49,970 bases of DNA. Source: a virus (lineage: Duplodnaviria > Caudoviricetes). The notes beneath the pieces were generated by a model. It was not told the origin of the DNA and did no database searches. It worked only from the letters and a program-made list of their open reading frames with translations. The position numbers were made by a program, and so were the translations under genes. How positions within the stretch are numbered: position 1 is the first letter of the stretch; every line of letters starts with the position of its first letter. This document shows positions 29,585 to 38,914 of the stretch, piece after piece. The DNA is taken from the IMG/VR virus record IMGVR_UViG_3300027790_000033, positions 1 through 49,970 of that record, one strand, 5' to 3'.

Positions 29585-29795
29585 GTCACAAAGGGTGTCA
29601 CAAAACCCTGCAACCATCTGCGGTTGTGGGGTTTTGTCTTGTTTTCAGGGGCCTGAAACGTCGGTGTTTGGCCTAAATCGGGTGATAGATGACCGCCAGA
29701 TCATACATCTAACGATGGTCAATCCGACGCACTAACACTCGAACCATCTTGTTTTAAGCCTTTTCCAGTACAGGTGTCACAAAAACTGTCACAAA
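29585..29795. repeat. attP: attP: two pairs of arm-type direct repeats flanking a candidate core
   Basis: GTCACAAA at 29585, 29597, 29776 and 29788 (12 bp period in each pair), adjacent to the integrase 3' end. Inverted TAGATG...CATCTA at 29686-29711. Confidence 0.75.
29600..29637. terminator. Bidirectional terminator-like hairpin
   Basis: ACAAAACCCTGCAACC-6-GGTTGTGGGGTTTTGT between convergent units. Confidence 0.6.
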
Positions 29796-30901
29796 GAGCG
29801 GAGACGGCTGCAGAGAGATTGAGCATCGGCGTGAACGTAGTACCGCATCGTTGTCTGGATATTAGCGTGACGCATGAGGAGCTGAAGATCGGACGGAGAC
29901 AGCTTAGACGCCCATCTGGTGCCAAACGAGCGACGGAGGTCATGGGCGGACGCATACTTGATCTTGCCATCGCGTTCTGACACCACAATACCGGCAGCTT
30001 CGCCAACCGCCGAGATCCGCTTGGATACCGTATCTAAGATTGGCTGTGACCCAATCTTGGTTCCAGTGCGGTTTGCTGGCAGCTGAAATACCAGCAAGCC
30101 GTCACGAGGGATCTCATTGAGGATGTCGACAAACTCAGGGGCAGTGGGCATGAGCCTGTCTCTCCTGGCCTTATCCAACGCGGCGGGCATCCAGAACATG
30201 GGGAACTCTCCTGAGAAGTCCATCGAAAAGTGCTTGTCTGATTTCTCCCATCGCAGTCTGAGTGCTTCCTGTAGCCGAAGGCCTCCCCAATAGAGGCCAC
30301 GCATAAGCGTGCGGTAATGTGCTGCCGTCCCCTTCGGCAGCACTGACTCAGCCACCTCGATCATCTTGTCAAACTCGTGATCGAGGATGGGCCTGCCCTT
30401 CATCTCCTGTTTTAACTTCCTTCCTGGAAGCCGAGGCATCGTGGGTACTGACGAGATGTACTCTCTCTCCGCTGCCCAATTCAGTAATCCCCTGAGGCAG
30501 CGAGTGTAGTTCTCAATCGTTGTGGGAGTCCGTGTTGGATCTTCAGTCAGGAGCCTGTCGATCCATTCCGCGATCCTCGCCGTCGTGATCTCGTCGACGT
30601 ACGTGACTCCCATTAAACGAGTCACGGCACTGACGGTAGTAGCTGGGCCGCCTTGTGACTTGCGGCCCAGCTTGGAGATGTACCGGTCTCGATAAAGTCC
30701 ATCGAGCGAACTCCACTCAAGACGCTCTTCAATAATCCCACAGTTCTTCTGGAGTAGCTTAGCAAGGTCATCCGCACATCGTTCTGCCTCGCGTCTTCGA
30801 GTACAGCCGGATGACTTTTGCTTCCATTTCCCTGTGGCCGGGTCCTTGTAGCGTAGCTTGAAATACTTAGACCCACCTGTTTTGACTGCGTAGACTCTCA
30901 T
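29789..30901 (-). CDS. int: Tyrosine integrase
   Basis: N-terminal arm-binding-like domain, GLRLQEA (R), HDLRR (HxxR), MRH and TTMRYY (catalytic Y). Confidence 0.95.
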   Translation of the reverse strand: MRVYAVKTGGSKYFKLRYKDPATGKWKQKSSGCTRRREAERCADDLAKLLQKNCGIIEERLEWSSLDGLYRDRYISKLGRKSQGGPATTVSAVTRLMGVTYVDEITTARIAEWIDRLLTEDPTRTPTTIENYTRCLRGLLNWAAEREYISSVPTMPRLPGRKLKQEMKGRPILDHEFDKMIEVAESVLPKGTAAHYRTLMRGLYWGGLRLQEALRLRWEKSDKHFSMDFSGEFPMFWMPAALDKARRDRLMPTAPEFVDILNEIPRDGLLVFQLPANRTGTKIGSQPILDTVSKRISAVGEAAGIVVSERDGKIKYASAHDLRRSFGTRWASKLSPSDLQLLMRHANIQTTMRYYVHADAQSLCSRLRSL

Positions 30902-31173
30902 TTGCGACGATTCTTACTTTTGGGCTGTTCGTCCATCAGCCGCTTTGCGTCTCGCTCTTGATCGCGAATCTCCCATGACAGCTTGCCGATAAACTGCATC
31001 ACTTTCGGCCAGTATTTGTGCATGACTTCAGAGCTAAACACATGCACCTCACTGACGTGATTGCAATCCTTCAACGTCCTGATTGCTCCGTCCAGAGTCA
31101 CCACACTCTCGCGTAGCTCCTCTCTCATCTGCTCAAAGTCCTCAATAGTTCGTACCTGCTTTTTAACTCCCAT
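30898..31173 (-). CDS. Hypothetical protein co-transcribed with int
   Basis: ATG at 31173 with a GGAG RBS; its stop overlaps the int start. Confidence 0.65.
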   Translation of the reverse strand: MGVKKQVRTIEDFEQMREELRESVVTLDGAIRTLKDCNHVSEVHVFSSEVMHKYWPKVMQFIGKLSWEIRDQERDAKRLMDEQPKSKNRRK

Positions 31174-31258
31174 TGGCCCTACTCCAGAAAAAGTTGAATT
31201 ACCGTAAATGTCCATACGTGCCCCATGTGGACCCGTATGTGACCTAATCGACACCTAT

Positions 31259-31287
31259 ATGGTAAACGCCACAACAAAAAAAGGCAA
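31259..31287 (-). promoter_or_regulatory. Leftward promoter (int operon)
   Basis: TTGCCT-17 bp-TACCAT on the minus strand. Confidence 0.5.
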
Positions 31288-31325
31288 CCCCGACTCAAAA
31301 ATCCAACAAAATGCTGTCGAGTCGT

Positions 31326-31353
31326 TTGACACATCAGAATCAAGCACTAGACT
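31326..31353 (+). promoter_or_regulatory. Rightward promoter (xis/replication operon)
   Basis: TTGACA-16 bp-TAGACT. Confidence 0.6.
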
Positions 31354-31400
31354 GTTCTCTGGTCAGGAACAAATCAGCACCCTGGTTTGAGGATGGATGG

Positions 31401-31610
31401 ATGAGTGACTCACGGACTGGCCCGCCAGTGTCAATAAAACCTGAGGAGTTATATCCCAAAGAGTCCGTGATGGAAATCTTAGGGATCTCGGTTCATCAAT
31501 TCCACTCCCTGCGGGCAAAGGGGATGCCGTCCGTCGAGTTCGGCAGAGGATGTTTCGTCTGCTACGGGAAAGATCTGATTGACTGGTTTATCCGCAAGAA
31601 CGGCAAGTAG
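31401..31610 (+). CDS. Excisionase/MerR-like winged-HTH protein
   Basis: ESVMEILGIS..FHSLR..GMP....G.....Y...LIDW pattern, divergent from int. Confidence 0.7.
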   Translation: MSDSRTGPPVSIKPEELYPKESVMEILGISVHQFHSLRAKGMPSVEFGRGCFVCYGKDLIDWFIRKNGK

Positions 31611-31625
31611 GTCAGTGGTAGTGGT

Positions 31626-31669
31626 TGCCGGACGTGGGTTCTTTACTCCTTTCGTGCCCACGTCCGGCA
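31626..31669 (+). terminator. 13 bp GC-rich hairpin (attenuator or processing site)
   Basis: TGCCGGACGTGGG / CCCACGTCCGGCA. Confidence 0.5.
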
Positions 31670-31715
31670 GATGGATTGAGTTTTTTATATCTAAAAGAGC
31701 GAGGATGAAAAACTG

Positions 31716-32228
31716 ATGCTCCAAGTAAGTGAAATCTTCGACAAGAACCTAATGGAGTTGATCCAAGCCGAAGAGGAAGCGTACGACCTCGCCACTGAAA
31801 ATGGCGGGGAAGTTTCACCCGACCTCTCGCGAGTGATGGACTACATCGAAGCCCGCAAGGAAGACAAGTACACCAACATCGCCAGGATGTTGCTGAATTG
31901 GAGGGCAGAGGAGGCTGCGTACCATGAGCAAATCCAGAGGCTCAAGAAGAAAAAAGACGGTCTCGTGAGTCGCCAAGAATGGATGAAGCAATACCTCAAG
32001 GATGCGATGAAGGCGGAAGGTAAGACTAAGGTCGGTAACGGCCCGTCCATATCTCTGCAGAACAACAGCCAGCCATCGCTTGTGGTTGATGAGTCCATGA
32101 TACCCCATCGCTACATGCAGTGGGTGTCGTCACCAAACAAGCCCGCACTGCGTGAAGACCTCATTGCTGGGGCGAGTATCCCCGGAGCGAAACTCGAAAA
32201 AGGACAACACATCAGAGCGAAAGTATGA
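31716..32228 (+). CDS. Siphovirus Gp157-family protein
   Basis: EQIQRLKKKK...KQYL...M, ISLQNN..SLVVDE..IP..Y and G..IPGAKL motifs. Confidence 0.88.
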   Translation: MLQVSEIFDKNLMELIQAEEEAYDLATENGGEVSPDLSRVMDYIEARKEDKYTNIARMLLNWRAEEAAYHEQIQRLKKKKDGLVSRQEWMKQYLKDAMKAEGKTKVGNGPSISLQNNSQPSLVVDESMIPHRYMQWVSSPNKPALREDLIAGASIPGAKLEKGQHIRAKV

Positions 32229-33013
32229 ATGATCCATTCGGCGGCAGTCTATTGTCGCAAGCGTACATCTCGTCAAAAAAACCCAAGCCCAGAAGGTCGA
32301 TGGTTTACGGACCACCTGGGATCGGAAAGTCCACCATCGGTGCAAACATGCCATCGCCGTTCTTCATTCAGACCGAGGACGGTGCTGAGCATCTTGACGT
32401 CACCACATTGGGGGTCGCGGGCAGCTACGACGCTGTGCTGCAACAAGTCTACGCATTGATAAACGAGGAGCATAACTTTTCTTCGTTGGTCCTGGACAGC
32501 ATTGACTGGCTAGAGCGGTTGTTGTTCTCCCATGTCGCAAAAATGGCTGGAATGAAGTCAATCGCTGACATCCCCTACGGGGCTGGGTACTCGACCGCCG
32601 AAGAGAAGTGCGAAGAGTTTCTTAAGCTACTAATGCGAGCTAATGAAGAGCGGAGCATGATGATTATGATCATCGCCCACGCCAAGATCGAGCGATTCAA
32701 TGACCCCCATCACGAACCATACGACCGCTATTCGCCGGACCTCCACAAGAAGATCGGCCCGATGGTTGTCGAATGGTGCTCTGACGTATTGTTCGCCAAC
32801 TACAAGACGTACACCAGTGAGCAAGACGTCGGATTCAACAAAAAGCGGGTGCGTGCGATTAACTCAAATGAGCGAGTCTTGTTCACGACGGGAGCACCCA
32901 CTCATGTAGCCAAGAACCGGGTGAACGGGATGCCCGAACAAATCCCGCTGTCATGGGACGCATACGTTTCGTATCTCTACCCACAAGCCACCACCAATCA
33001 GGAGAGCAAGTAA
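32225..33013 (+). CDS. Sak4-like AAA_24 ATPase (ssDNA annealing recombinase)
   Basis: YGPPGIGKS Walker A, LVLDSIDWLE, IIAH and AKNR motifs; lies between Gp157 and SSB. Confidence 0.9.
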   Translation: MNDPFGGSLLSQAYISSKKPKPRRSMVYGPPGIGKSTIGANMPSPFFIQTEDGAEHLDVTTLGVAGSYDAVLQQVYALINEEHNFSSLVLDSIDWLERLLFSHVAKMAGMKSIADIPYGAGYSTAEEKCEEFLKLLMRANEERSMMIMIIAHAKIERFNDPHHEPYDRYSPDLHKKIGPMVVEWCSDVLFANYKTYTSEQDVGFNKKRVRAINSNERVLFTTGAPTHVAKNRVNGMPEQIPLSWDAYVSYLYPQATTNQESK

Positions 33014-33016
33014 GTT

Positions 33017-33631
33017 ATGGCACAATTACTACAACCTTTCGACGCGACCCAGCACGAACCTGCCGGGGAGGACTCGGAATATCAGGTCCTTCCCGAGGGA
33101 GAGTACACCGTCATTGTGACCGAATCCGAGATCGTGCCGATCAAGAGCCAGATGCAAGAGGGTGGTAAGCAACTGCAGTTGACCTATAAGGTCATCGAAG
33201 GGCAGTATGCCGGTTCCGAAGTCAAGGAGTGGCTAGGGCTGTATTCGACCAACCCCAAAGGTCGCAACATGGGGGAACGTAAATGGTCTGCGGTCTGCAA
33301 TGCGGTCGGTAAGCAACGCATCAGCGACAGCCGTGAGGTCCACGACATTCCTCTCAAGATCAAGGTCAAGGTCAAGGCGAGAAATGACGACCAGTCGAAG
33401 ATGACAAACGATGTTGTGCATCGATTCTCCGCTGGTGGTGGTGTTGCTCCTCAACAGCAAGCACCCCAGACCCACTCGCCGTACGTTCCGCCGCAGCAAC
33501 GATCTCCACAGCAACCGGCGAACGCTGGCGTGCTTGCGGGACAAGGCGTACAGCCGAGTGTCGCCCCGTGGACTCAACAGGCAGCCGGTGCTCTACAAGG
33601 GCAACCGCCCGCGAACGCTGAGCGGTTCTAA
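33017..33631 (+). CDS. DUF669-type ssDNA-binding protein
   Basis: LPEGEY.V.V..SE, L.LTYKVIEG.YAG and a P/Q-rich tail. Confidence 0.85.
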   Translation: MAQLLQPFDATQHEPAGEDSEYQVLPEGEYTVIVTESEIVPIKSQMQEGGKQLQLTYKVIEGQYAGSEVKEWLGLYSTNPKGRNMGERKWSAVCNAVGKQRISDSREVHDIPLKIKVKVKARNDDQSKMTNDVVHRFSAGGGVAPQQQAPQTHSPYVPPQQRSPQQPANAGVLAGQGVQPSVAPWTQQAAGALQGQPPANAERF

Positions 33632-33639
33632 TCCATCCG

Positions 33640-33701
33640 AGGCCCGCCCTGTTGGGTTTTGTCTCTGCCCGCGTCTCCAGTAGACAGGGCGGGCCTTTCT
33701 T
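33640..33701 (+). terminator. Hairpin after the SSB gene
   Basis: AGGCCCGCCCTGT / ACAGGGCGGGCCT, then TTCTT and (ACC)3. Confidence 0.55.
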
Positions 33702-33730
33702 ACCACCACCGAACCCGAAACGCCAGACCT

Positions 33731-33970
33731 ATGAGCGAAGTCATCAAGCCTGGACCTGGGTGGGTTCAAGCAGGTTCAGCAGTTTACGACCACACGAGCG
33801 GGATTCGCATTCACGTTCACGGTTTTTGCCGTCTTCCGGGCGGTTATATCATCCGTGGTTGTCAGTGGCCTGAGTCTCGTGAGTTGGACCGTTTCATCCG
33901 AATCAACGGCGGAAACCGTAGGCGTGGCGTGATGGCCTGGGGGCTAAATAAGCTCAAGCCGCTGCCGTAG
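33731..33970 (+). CDS. Hypothetical protein
   Basis: ATG at 33731 after an (ACC)3 leader; fills the gap between SSB and helicase. Confidence 0.55.
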   Translation: MSEVIKPGPGWVQAGSAVYDHTSGIRIHVHGFCRLPGGYIIRGCQWPESRELDRFIRINGGNRRRGVMAWGLNKLKPLP

Positions 33971-34005
33971 TTAGACAAACCACCACCACCAAGTGAGCAC
34001 TAACA

Positions 34006-35721
34006 ATGGAATTACGCTGGTATCAGCGTGCCGCTATCGATGCGTCTTTTCAGTGGCTCTGTGATCACCCGGACCCACTACAAAGCCCCGCGATCGTGCT
34101 GCCGACTGGGGCTGGGAAGAGTCCAGTCATGGCGGAGATTGCGAACATCGCAGCCACGCAATGGGGCCTGCGAACGCTTATCGTAGCCCATCGCAAAGAG
34201 CTTGTCGAGCAGAACGCCGAGAAGGTCCGCCTGATGTCACCCAGGATGCCGGTCGGCATCTACTCGGCAGGACTCAAGCGTCGAGACACGCAACAGCAAG
34301 TCATCGTTGCTGGAATCCAATCGATCTATAAGCGAGCACCAGAGCTTGGTGCTTTTGGGCTGATCTTATTTGATGAGTGCCACTTAATCCCTAACGTCGG
34401 AGCTAACGATGAGGGGATGTACCAAACATTCCTGCGAGACACCCGAGTAGTTAATCCCCAGGTTCGTCTCATTGGACTCACGGCCACTGACTACCGCCTC
34501 GGGTCTGGGCGAATCTGCAAGTCCGAGAACATTCTCAATGAAGTGGCCTACGAAGTCGGTGTCAACACGCTGATCGAGGGGGGATTTCTATCATCTCTCG
34601 TCAGTCGTGTTGGCCACCGCTACGACTGGTCGAACGTCAAGGTTCGAGGCGGGGAGTTCGAGAATTCCTCGATGGAAACAGCGGCGATGGCGAATGTCGC
34701 TGACGCCTGCAACAACCTTGCCGAGCTAACAAAAGACCGCCACTCCGTGCTGGTGTTTGCCTGTGGTGTGTTACACGGAGAGACGGTCAATTCTTATCTG
34801 CACAACACCCTTGAGCAAGATTGTGCAATCGTCACCGGCGAGACCAAGCCTCACACTCGCGAGATGTTGCTGGAGTCGTTTAAGCGAGGCCGTTTGAAGT
34901 ACCTCATCAACGTGGATGTGCTAACCACTGGATTCGACGCACCCAACATCGACTGCGTGGCCATGCTGAGGCCGACCATGTCTGCCGGTCTCTATTACCA
35001 GATGGTTGGTCGTGGCTTTCGGCTACACCACACCAAGACTGATTGCCTCGTTTTGGATTACGCCGGAAACATCGACCGCCACGGCCCGGTGGATTCGATT
35101 GAGGTCTGCGAAAAGACCGGCAAGAGCGAACCGGGAGAGGCACCAGAGAAGGCATGCCCCGACTGCGGACTCTACACCTACATCGCTGCCCGTGAGTGTG
35201 AAGACTGTGGCTACGAGTTCCCGCCTCCCGGTAACCCGAAACATGAAGCTGTCCCAGCGGATCAAGACGTCCTGTCAGGAAACGGCAACGGGACGACCGT
35301 CGAGCGGTTCGAGGTTAAGGATTGTTGGTGGGCTGTACACAAGAAGAAAGATGCCCCCGCCGATGCCCCTAAGACGATGCGGGTTGAGTATCTGTTAGGG
35401 GTCACCCACCTCGTGAAAGAGTGGGTCTGCTTTGAGCACACCGGCTATGCCCGCACTAAGGCCGAGGATTGGTGGCGTCATCACGCGAGCGGTGATTGCC
35501 CCGAGACGTCAGCCGAGGCCGTCCGGCTGGCGAACGAAGGCAAGGTTGGGATTCCCGATTGGATCGAGGTTGAATCCAAACGCGGACAGCATGACCAGAT
35601 CGTGGGACGCGGTCCGGTCGTCGGTGCGGTGATCACTGATGAGGTGGTCGAGTCCGACAAGGCCCGCGAAGAGTACGAGACAACACATCAAAGACTGTTC
35701 TTTGATGACGCACCATTCTGA
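34006..35721 (+). CDS. SF2 DEAH helicase (RadD/YejH-like) with zinc ribbon
   Basis: LRWYQ, PTGAGKS, DECH, TAT, TGFD, QMVGRGFR and CPDC..CEDC motifs. Confidence 0.95.
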   Translation: MELRWYQRAAIDASFQWLCDHPDPLQSPAIVLPTGAGKSPVMAEIANIAATQWGLRTLIVAHRKELVEQNAEKVRLMSPRMPVGIYSAGLKRRDTQQQVIVAGIQSIYKRAPELGAFGLILFDECHLIPNVGANDEGMYQTFLRDTRVVNPQVRLIGLTATDYRLGSGRICKSENILNEVAYEVGVNTLIEGGFLSSLVSRVGHRYDWSNVKVRGGEFENSSMETAAMANVADACNNLAELTKDRHSVLVFACGVLHGETVNSYLHNTLEQDCAIVTGETKPHTREMLLESFKRGRLKYLINVDVLTTGFDAPNIDCVAMLRPTMSAGLYYQMVGRGFRLHHTKTDCLVLDYAGNIDRHGPVDSIEVCEKTGKSEPGEAPEKACPDCGLYTYIAARECEDCGYEFPPPGNPKHEAVPADQDVLSGNGNGTTVERFEVKDCWWAVHKKKDAPADAPKTMRVEYLLGVTHLVKEWVCFEHTGYARTKAEDWWRHHASGDCPETSAEAVRLANEGKVGIPDWIEVESKRGQHDQIVGRGPVVGAVITDEVVESDKAREEYETTHQRLFFDDAPF

Positions 35722-35735
35722 GGAGACACGCACGG

Positions 35736-37808
35736 ATGGAATTTAAGGGACCAGAACGAAACCAAGTCCTGCAAGCTGCATACGACTACATCAGTCGCGG
35801 CTTCAAGGTGATCCCGCTAGACGGCAAGATGCCGATCTGGGGGAAGGGGTGGCAGCACCGAGCTGCACCCGACGAAGAGGTTGCTACTAGCCTTTGGGAC
35901 GTCAAGGAAGTTCCCAACATCGGCGTCCAACTTGGACCCGAGTCGGGCATCATCGACATAGAGTTCGACACCAGCCAAGGCGAAGAGACATTCAAAGAGG
36001 TGGTGGGTGAGTGTTACACGCCTACCTACAGATCAAAGCGATCTACGCACAAGATTTTCCAATACAGCGACCGACTTCCTCCGGTCGGCATGCGGATGTG
36101 TCGAGGGCTGGAGATTCGCATTGGGTACAACGGTGCCCAATCGGTATTCCCTCCGTCAATGCACGAGTCGGGTGTGATGTATCAATGGGTTGAGGGCCTG
36201 TCGCTCGACGACGTCGATCCGTTGCCAGTCCCGCAAGCAATCTTCGATCTGATTGAGTCCGAAGGGAACTCTGGCCAACACGGAGAAACCCAAGTCAGCG
36301 AGCAAGGCTTGGTGATTGTCCCTGGAACACGCCACCACTTCGCTAAAGACTACGCCGTACACCTCAGCCGAGAGGGGTGGTCTCGTGACCAGATTGCCAC
36401 GATCTTGATGGCGATGTTCTCGACCCAGCCGGAACCAGCCGACCCGGACGGGATTCGCAGCCTCGCCAAATGGGCGAAAGAGAACATCCCCTACCAGCCG
36501 CCAGTCGACTTCTCAGCAATGGAGAACCAAGAGGAGCGACGACGTAGTGGGTATGCGTTTCCACCAAATCCCGGCACATTCCCGACCGATCTACTAGACG
36601 TTCCGGGATTCGTGGGCCACGTGGCGGCATGGACCAACGCGACAGCTCACTACAAGCAACCCGTGTTGGCATTGGCTGGTGCCCTCGCCCTGATGTCCAC
36701 ACTCTGTGCCCGCAAGGTGATCAGCGACAACGGAAACTACACCGGCCTCTATTACATGGGGACTGCCCCATCCACGTACGGTAAGGAAGCTGCACGCGAA
36801 ACCAACCGCAGAATCTTAGAAGAGTGCGGTGGGATGGAACTCTACGCAGGGGAAGGCATCGCCAGTTCGTCTGGGTTTCTGCAAGGGGTGGCGGATTGCC
36901 CGGCTGGTCTATGGCAGATCGATGAGTTCGGCAAGTTCCTCGTGGGTGTGTTTGGCGGCAAGGCGGAGTCGTGGAAAAGAGACATCCCAGAGTACCTCAA
37001 GGTCATATTCTCGTCACAAAACAGCACGTTCATTGGACCGGCCAAGGCTGACTCATCCAAGACGATTCGCATCACCAATCCCTGCCCATCGGTGTACGCG
37101 ACCGGGACGCCAGAGCCGATCTACGCCTCAATGTCTGATGAACAGCTGGAAGATGGGTGGCTTAGTCGAATCTTGTGGTTTGAGGGCAGTTCCAAGCCTC
37201 GGATCAACAAGGAAAGGCCAAAGGGGATCCCTGAACTCTCCAAAGAGATTCGTGACGTCGCCGAGCACTGGATTCACCTGCGGGGTGAAGGAAACGTCCG
37301 CTCGATCTCCAACCCCGTGTTGATGGAAGTACCCACCACGCCCGAGGCGGATGCACTCTTCGACCAGTTCGGAGAGTTCTGCGACGACATGCGGTCCACT
37401 CCTGAATACCGGGAGCGATCTTCACCGTGGGGTCGTGCTCGTGAAAAGGCGATCCGGCTTGCGTTGGTCTATGCGTGCTCGAAGAACCACTACTCGCCCG
37501 AGATCACACTCGATGCCGGTGAGTGGGGGTGTGCCGTCTCGAAGTATTGCACCGAGCGACTGTTGTACTTGGCGTCGAACCACATTGCGATTTCCAAGTT
37601 CGACAAGCAACAAAAACAAGTCTTGGAGTGGCTCCGCAAACAAGAGGGTAAGCAAGCAACCAAGTCCGCCACGTCGGCCAGATTCTCGGGATTCAACGGA
37701 CGCGACCGAAAAGAAATCATCGACAATTTAGTCGAGACCGGAATGATTGCGATCACCCAATCGGATGGACCGGGAAAGAAATCGGTGATCTATCAGGTAT
37801 TGGACTAG
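35736..37808 (+). CDS. Bifunctional primase-polymerase fused to DUF3987-type helicase domain
   Basis: NIGV..G..SGIIDIEFD, H..F, VFPPSMH.SG..YQW; C-terminal APSTYGK, DEFG and DGWLSR. Confidence 0.88.
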   Translation: MEFKGPERNQVLQAAYDYISRGFKVIPLDGKMPIWGKGWQHRAAPDEEVATSLWDVKEVPNIGVQLGPESGIIDIEFDTSQGEETFKEVVGECYTPTYRSKRSTHKIFQYSDRLPPVGMRMCRGLEIRIGYNGAQSVFPPSMHESGVMYQWVEGLSLDDVDPLPVPQAIFDLIESEGNSGQHGETQVSEQGLVIVPGTRHHFAKDYAVHLSREGWSRDQIATILMAMFSTQPEPADPDGIRSLAKWAKENIPYQPPVDFSAMENQEERRRSGYAFPPNPGTFPTDLLDVPGFVGHVAAWTNATAHYKQPVLALAGALALMSTLCARKVISDNGNYTGLYYMGTAPSTYGKEAARETNRRILEECGGMELYAGEGIASSSGFLQGVADCPAGLWQIDEFGKFLVGVFGGKAESWKRDIPEYLKVIFSSQNSTFIGPAKADSSKTIRITNPCPSVYATGTPEPIYASMSDEQLEDGWLSRILWFEGSSKPRINKERPKGIPELSKEIRDVAEHWIHLRGEGNVRSISNPVLMEVPTTPEADALFDQFGEFCDDMRSTPEYRERSSPWGRAREKAIRLALVYACSKNHYSPEITLDAGEWGCAVSKYCTERLLYLASNHIAISKFDKQQKQVLEWLRKQEGKQATKSATSARFSGFNGRDRKEIIDNLVETGMIAITQSDGPGKKSVIYQVLD

Positions 37809-37817
37809 GAGACGCAG

Positions 37818-38204
37818 ATGATCAAGTTGTCAAGCAACGAAGCGGAAGCCTTTGGGACGGCAATCTCTCCAGTAAGAGGCGGTAACCATATTCGCCATCG
37901 CGTTGAGGAGATCCCCCGTTTCTATGAGGTCAAGGAAGTTCGCCAAGAGCGAGACCCAGAAGTTCACGAGGCGAGACTTCGAGAGTTGGAGTCACGTTAC
38001 GAGCAAGGGTTGGATCTCTGGGAAGGACTTCCGCCAATCAGTTCTGCACCATGCGATGCCGTTGTAGGTCTCGCAACGCCAGAGGATCTGGCAAACACCA
38101 CCACCAGACTCAAGAAGGAAGAGGAACGACGATGTCTACGAGCACAGAAGAAAGCCGAAAAGCAAGCCGCCGAGGCAAGCGAGTCTACATCGCAGGACCG
38201 CTAA
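37818..38204 (+). CDS. Hypothetical protein
   Basis: 128 aa ORF with an AGGAG RBS. Confidence 0.6.
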   Translation: MIKLSSNEAEAFGTAISPVRGGNHIRHRVEEIPRFYEVKEVRQERDPEVHEARLRELESRYEQGLDLWEGLPPISSAPCDAVVGLATPEDLANTTTRLKKEEERRCLRAQKKAEKQAAEASESTSQDR

Positions 38205-38914
38205 CGAACGGAGCCAATGCAGACCCAGATGAAATCAAGGAAAACCTGCGGACTGCATGTGAGCTGTTCAAAAGGCTCATGGAGTCAGGGTACGAACCAC
38301 TGTGCCCACACCTCACCATGTATGCCGAATGGGAGCACGGGTGTAAATTCCACTACGTGCGATGGATTGAGCAATGTCTTGCGTGGGTTCGAGTAAGCGA
38401 TGCCATCGCGGCAATCATCCCCGGCAGCTCTGGAACGGAGTCCGAACTCGACGAAGCACGAAGGTTTGGAATCCCCGTGTGGTACTTCCATCGCTCGCGG
38501 TTCAGTCGCGGGAACGAAGAGGGGTCCTACGAGGGCTGGGGGAATAGCTTTGACGAATACCTCATATCTGTTGAAGGCAAGAAGCCAGCGGGCAGTCAAG
38601 TCTTTCGACACACGGCGAACAGTAAGACAAAAGATCCGTTCGCTGGATCTCCGGCAGTAGAGACGATTCTCGACGAAGCGGCACGCCTCACGTCCAAGGA
38701 TCGCAATCAGTCCTATGGCGACTTCCCCGAAGAGGCCGAGAAGATTGCTGTTCGGTGGTCTCAGTTGTTGGGGACGGTCGTTGAAGCACGTGACGTCCCG
38801 ATGATGATGATGGATGTCAAGCTTGTTCGCGAGGCGTTCAAGCACAAGCGGGACAATCTGTGTGACCTCGCTGGCTACGCCCACCTCAAGCAACAGATCG
38901 AGGATGCGTCGTGA
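38132..38914 (+). CDS. Nucleoside deoxyribosyltransferase-like (DUF4406/DUF1937) fused to DUF6378-like domain
   Basis: VYIAGP, PH, SDAI, S.G...E...A...GIPV; C-terminal EA......R...YG, K..R and DN..DLAGYA. Confidence 0.8.
   Translation: MSTSTEESRKASRRGKRVYIAGPLTNGANADPDEIKENLRTACELFKRLMESGYEPLCPHLTMYAEWEHGCKFHYVRWIEQCLAWVRVSDAIAAIIPGSSGTESELDEARRFGIPVWYFHRSRFSRGNEEGSYEGWGNSFDEYLISVEGKKPAGSQVFRHTANSKTKDPFAGSPAVETILDEAARLTSKDRNQSYGDFPEEAEKIAVRWSQLLGTVVEARDVPMMMMDVKLVREAFKHKRDNLCDLAGYAHLKQQIEDAS

Noticed and set aside
29640-29775. tRNA-derived att core
   Set aside because: No T-arm or acceptor-like sequence (GGTTCGAATCC-type) is visible on either strand.
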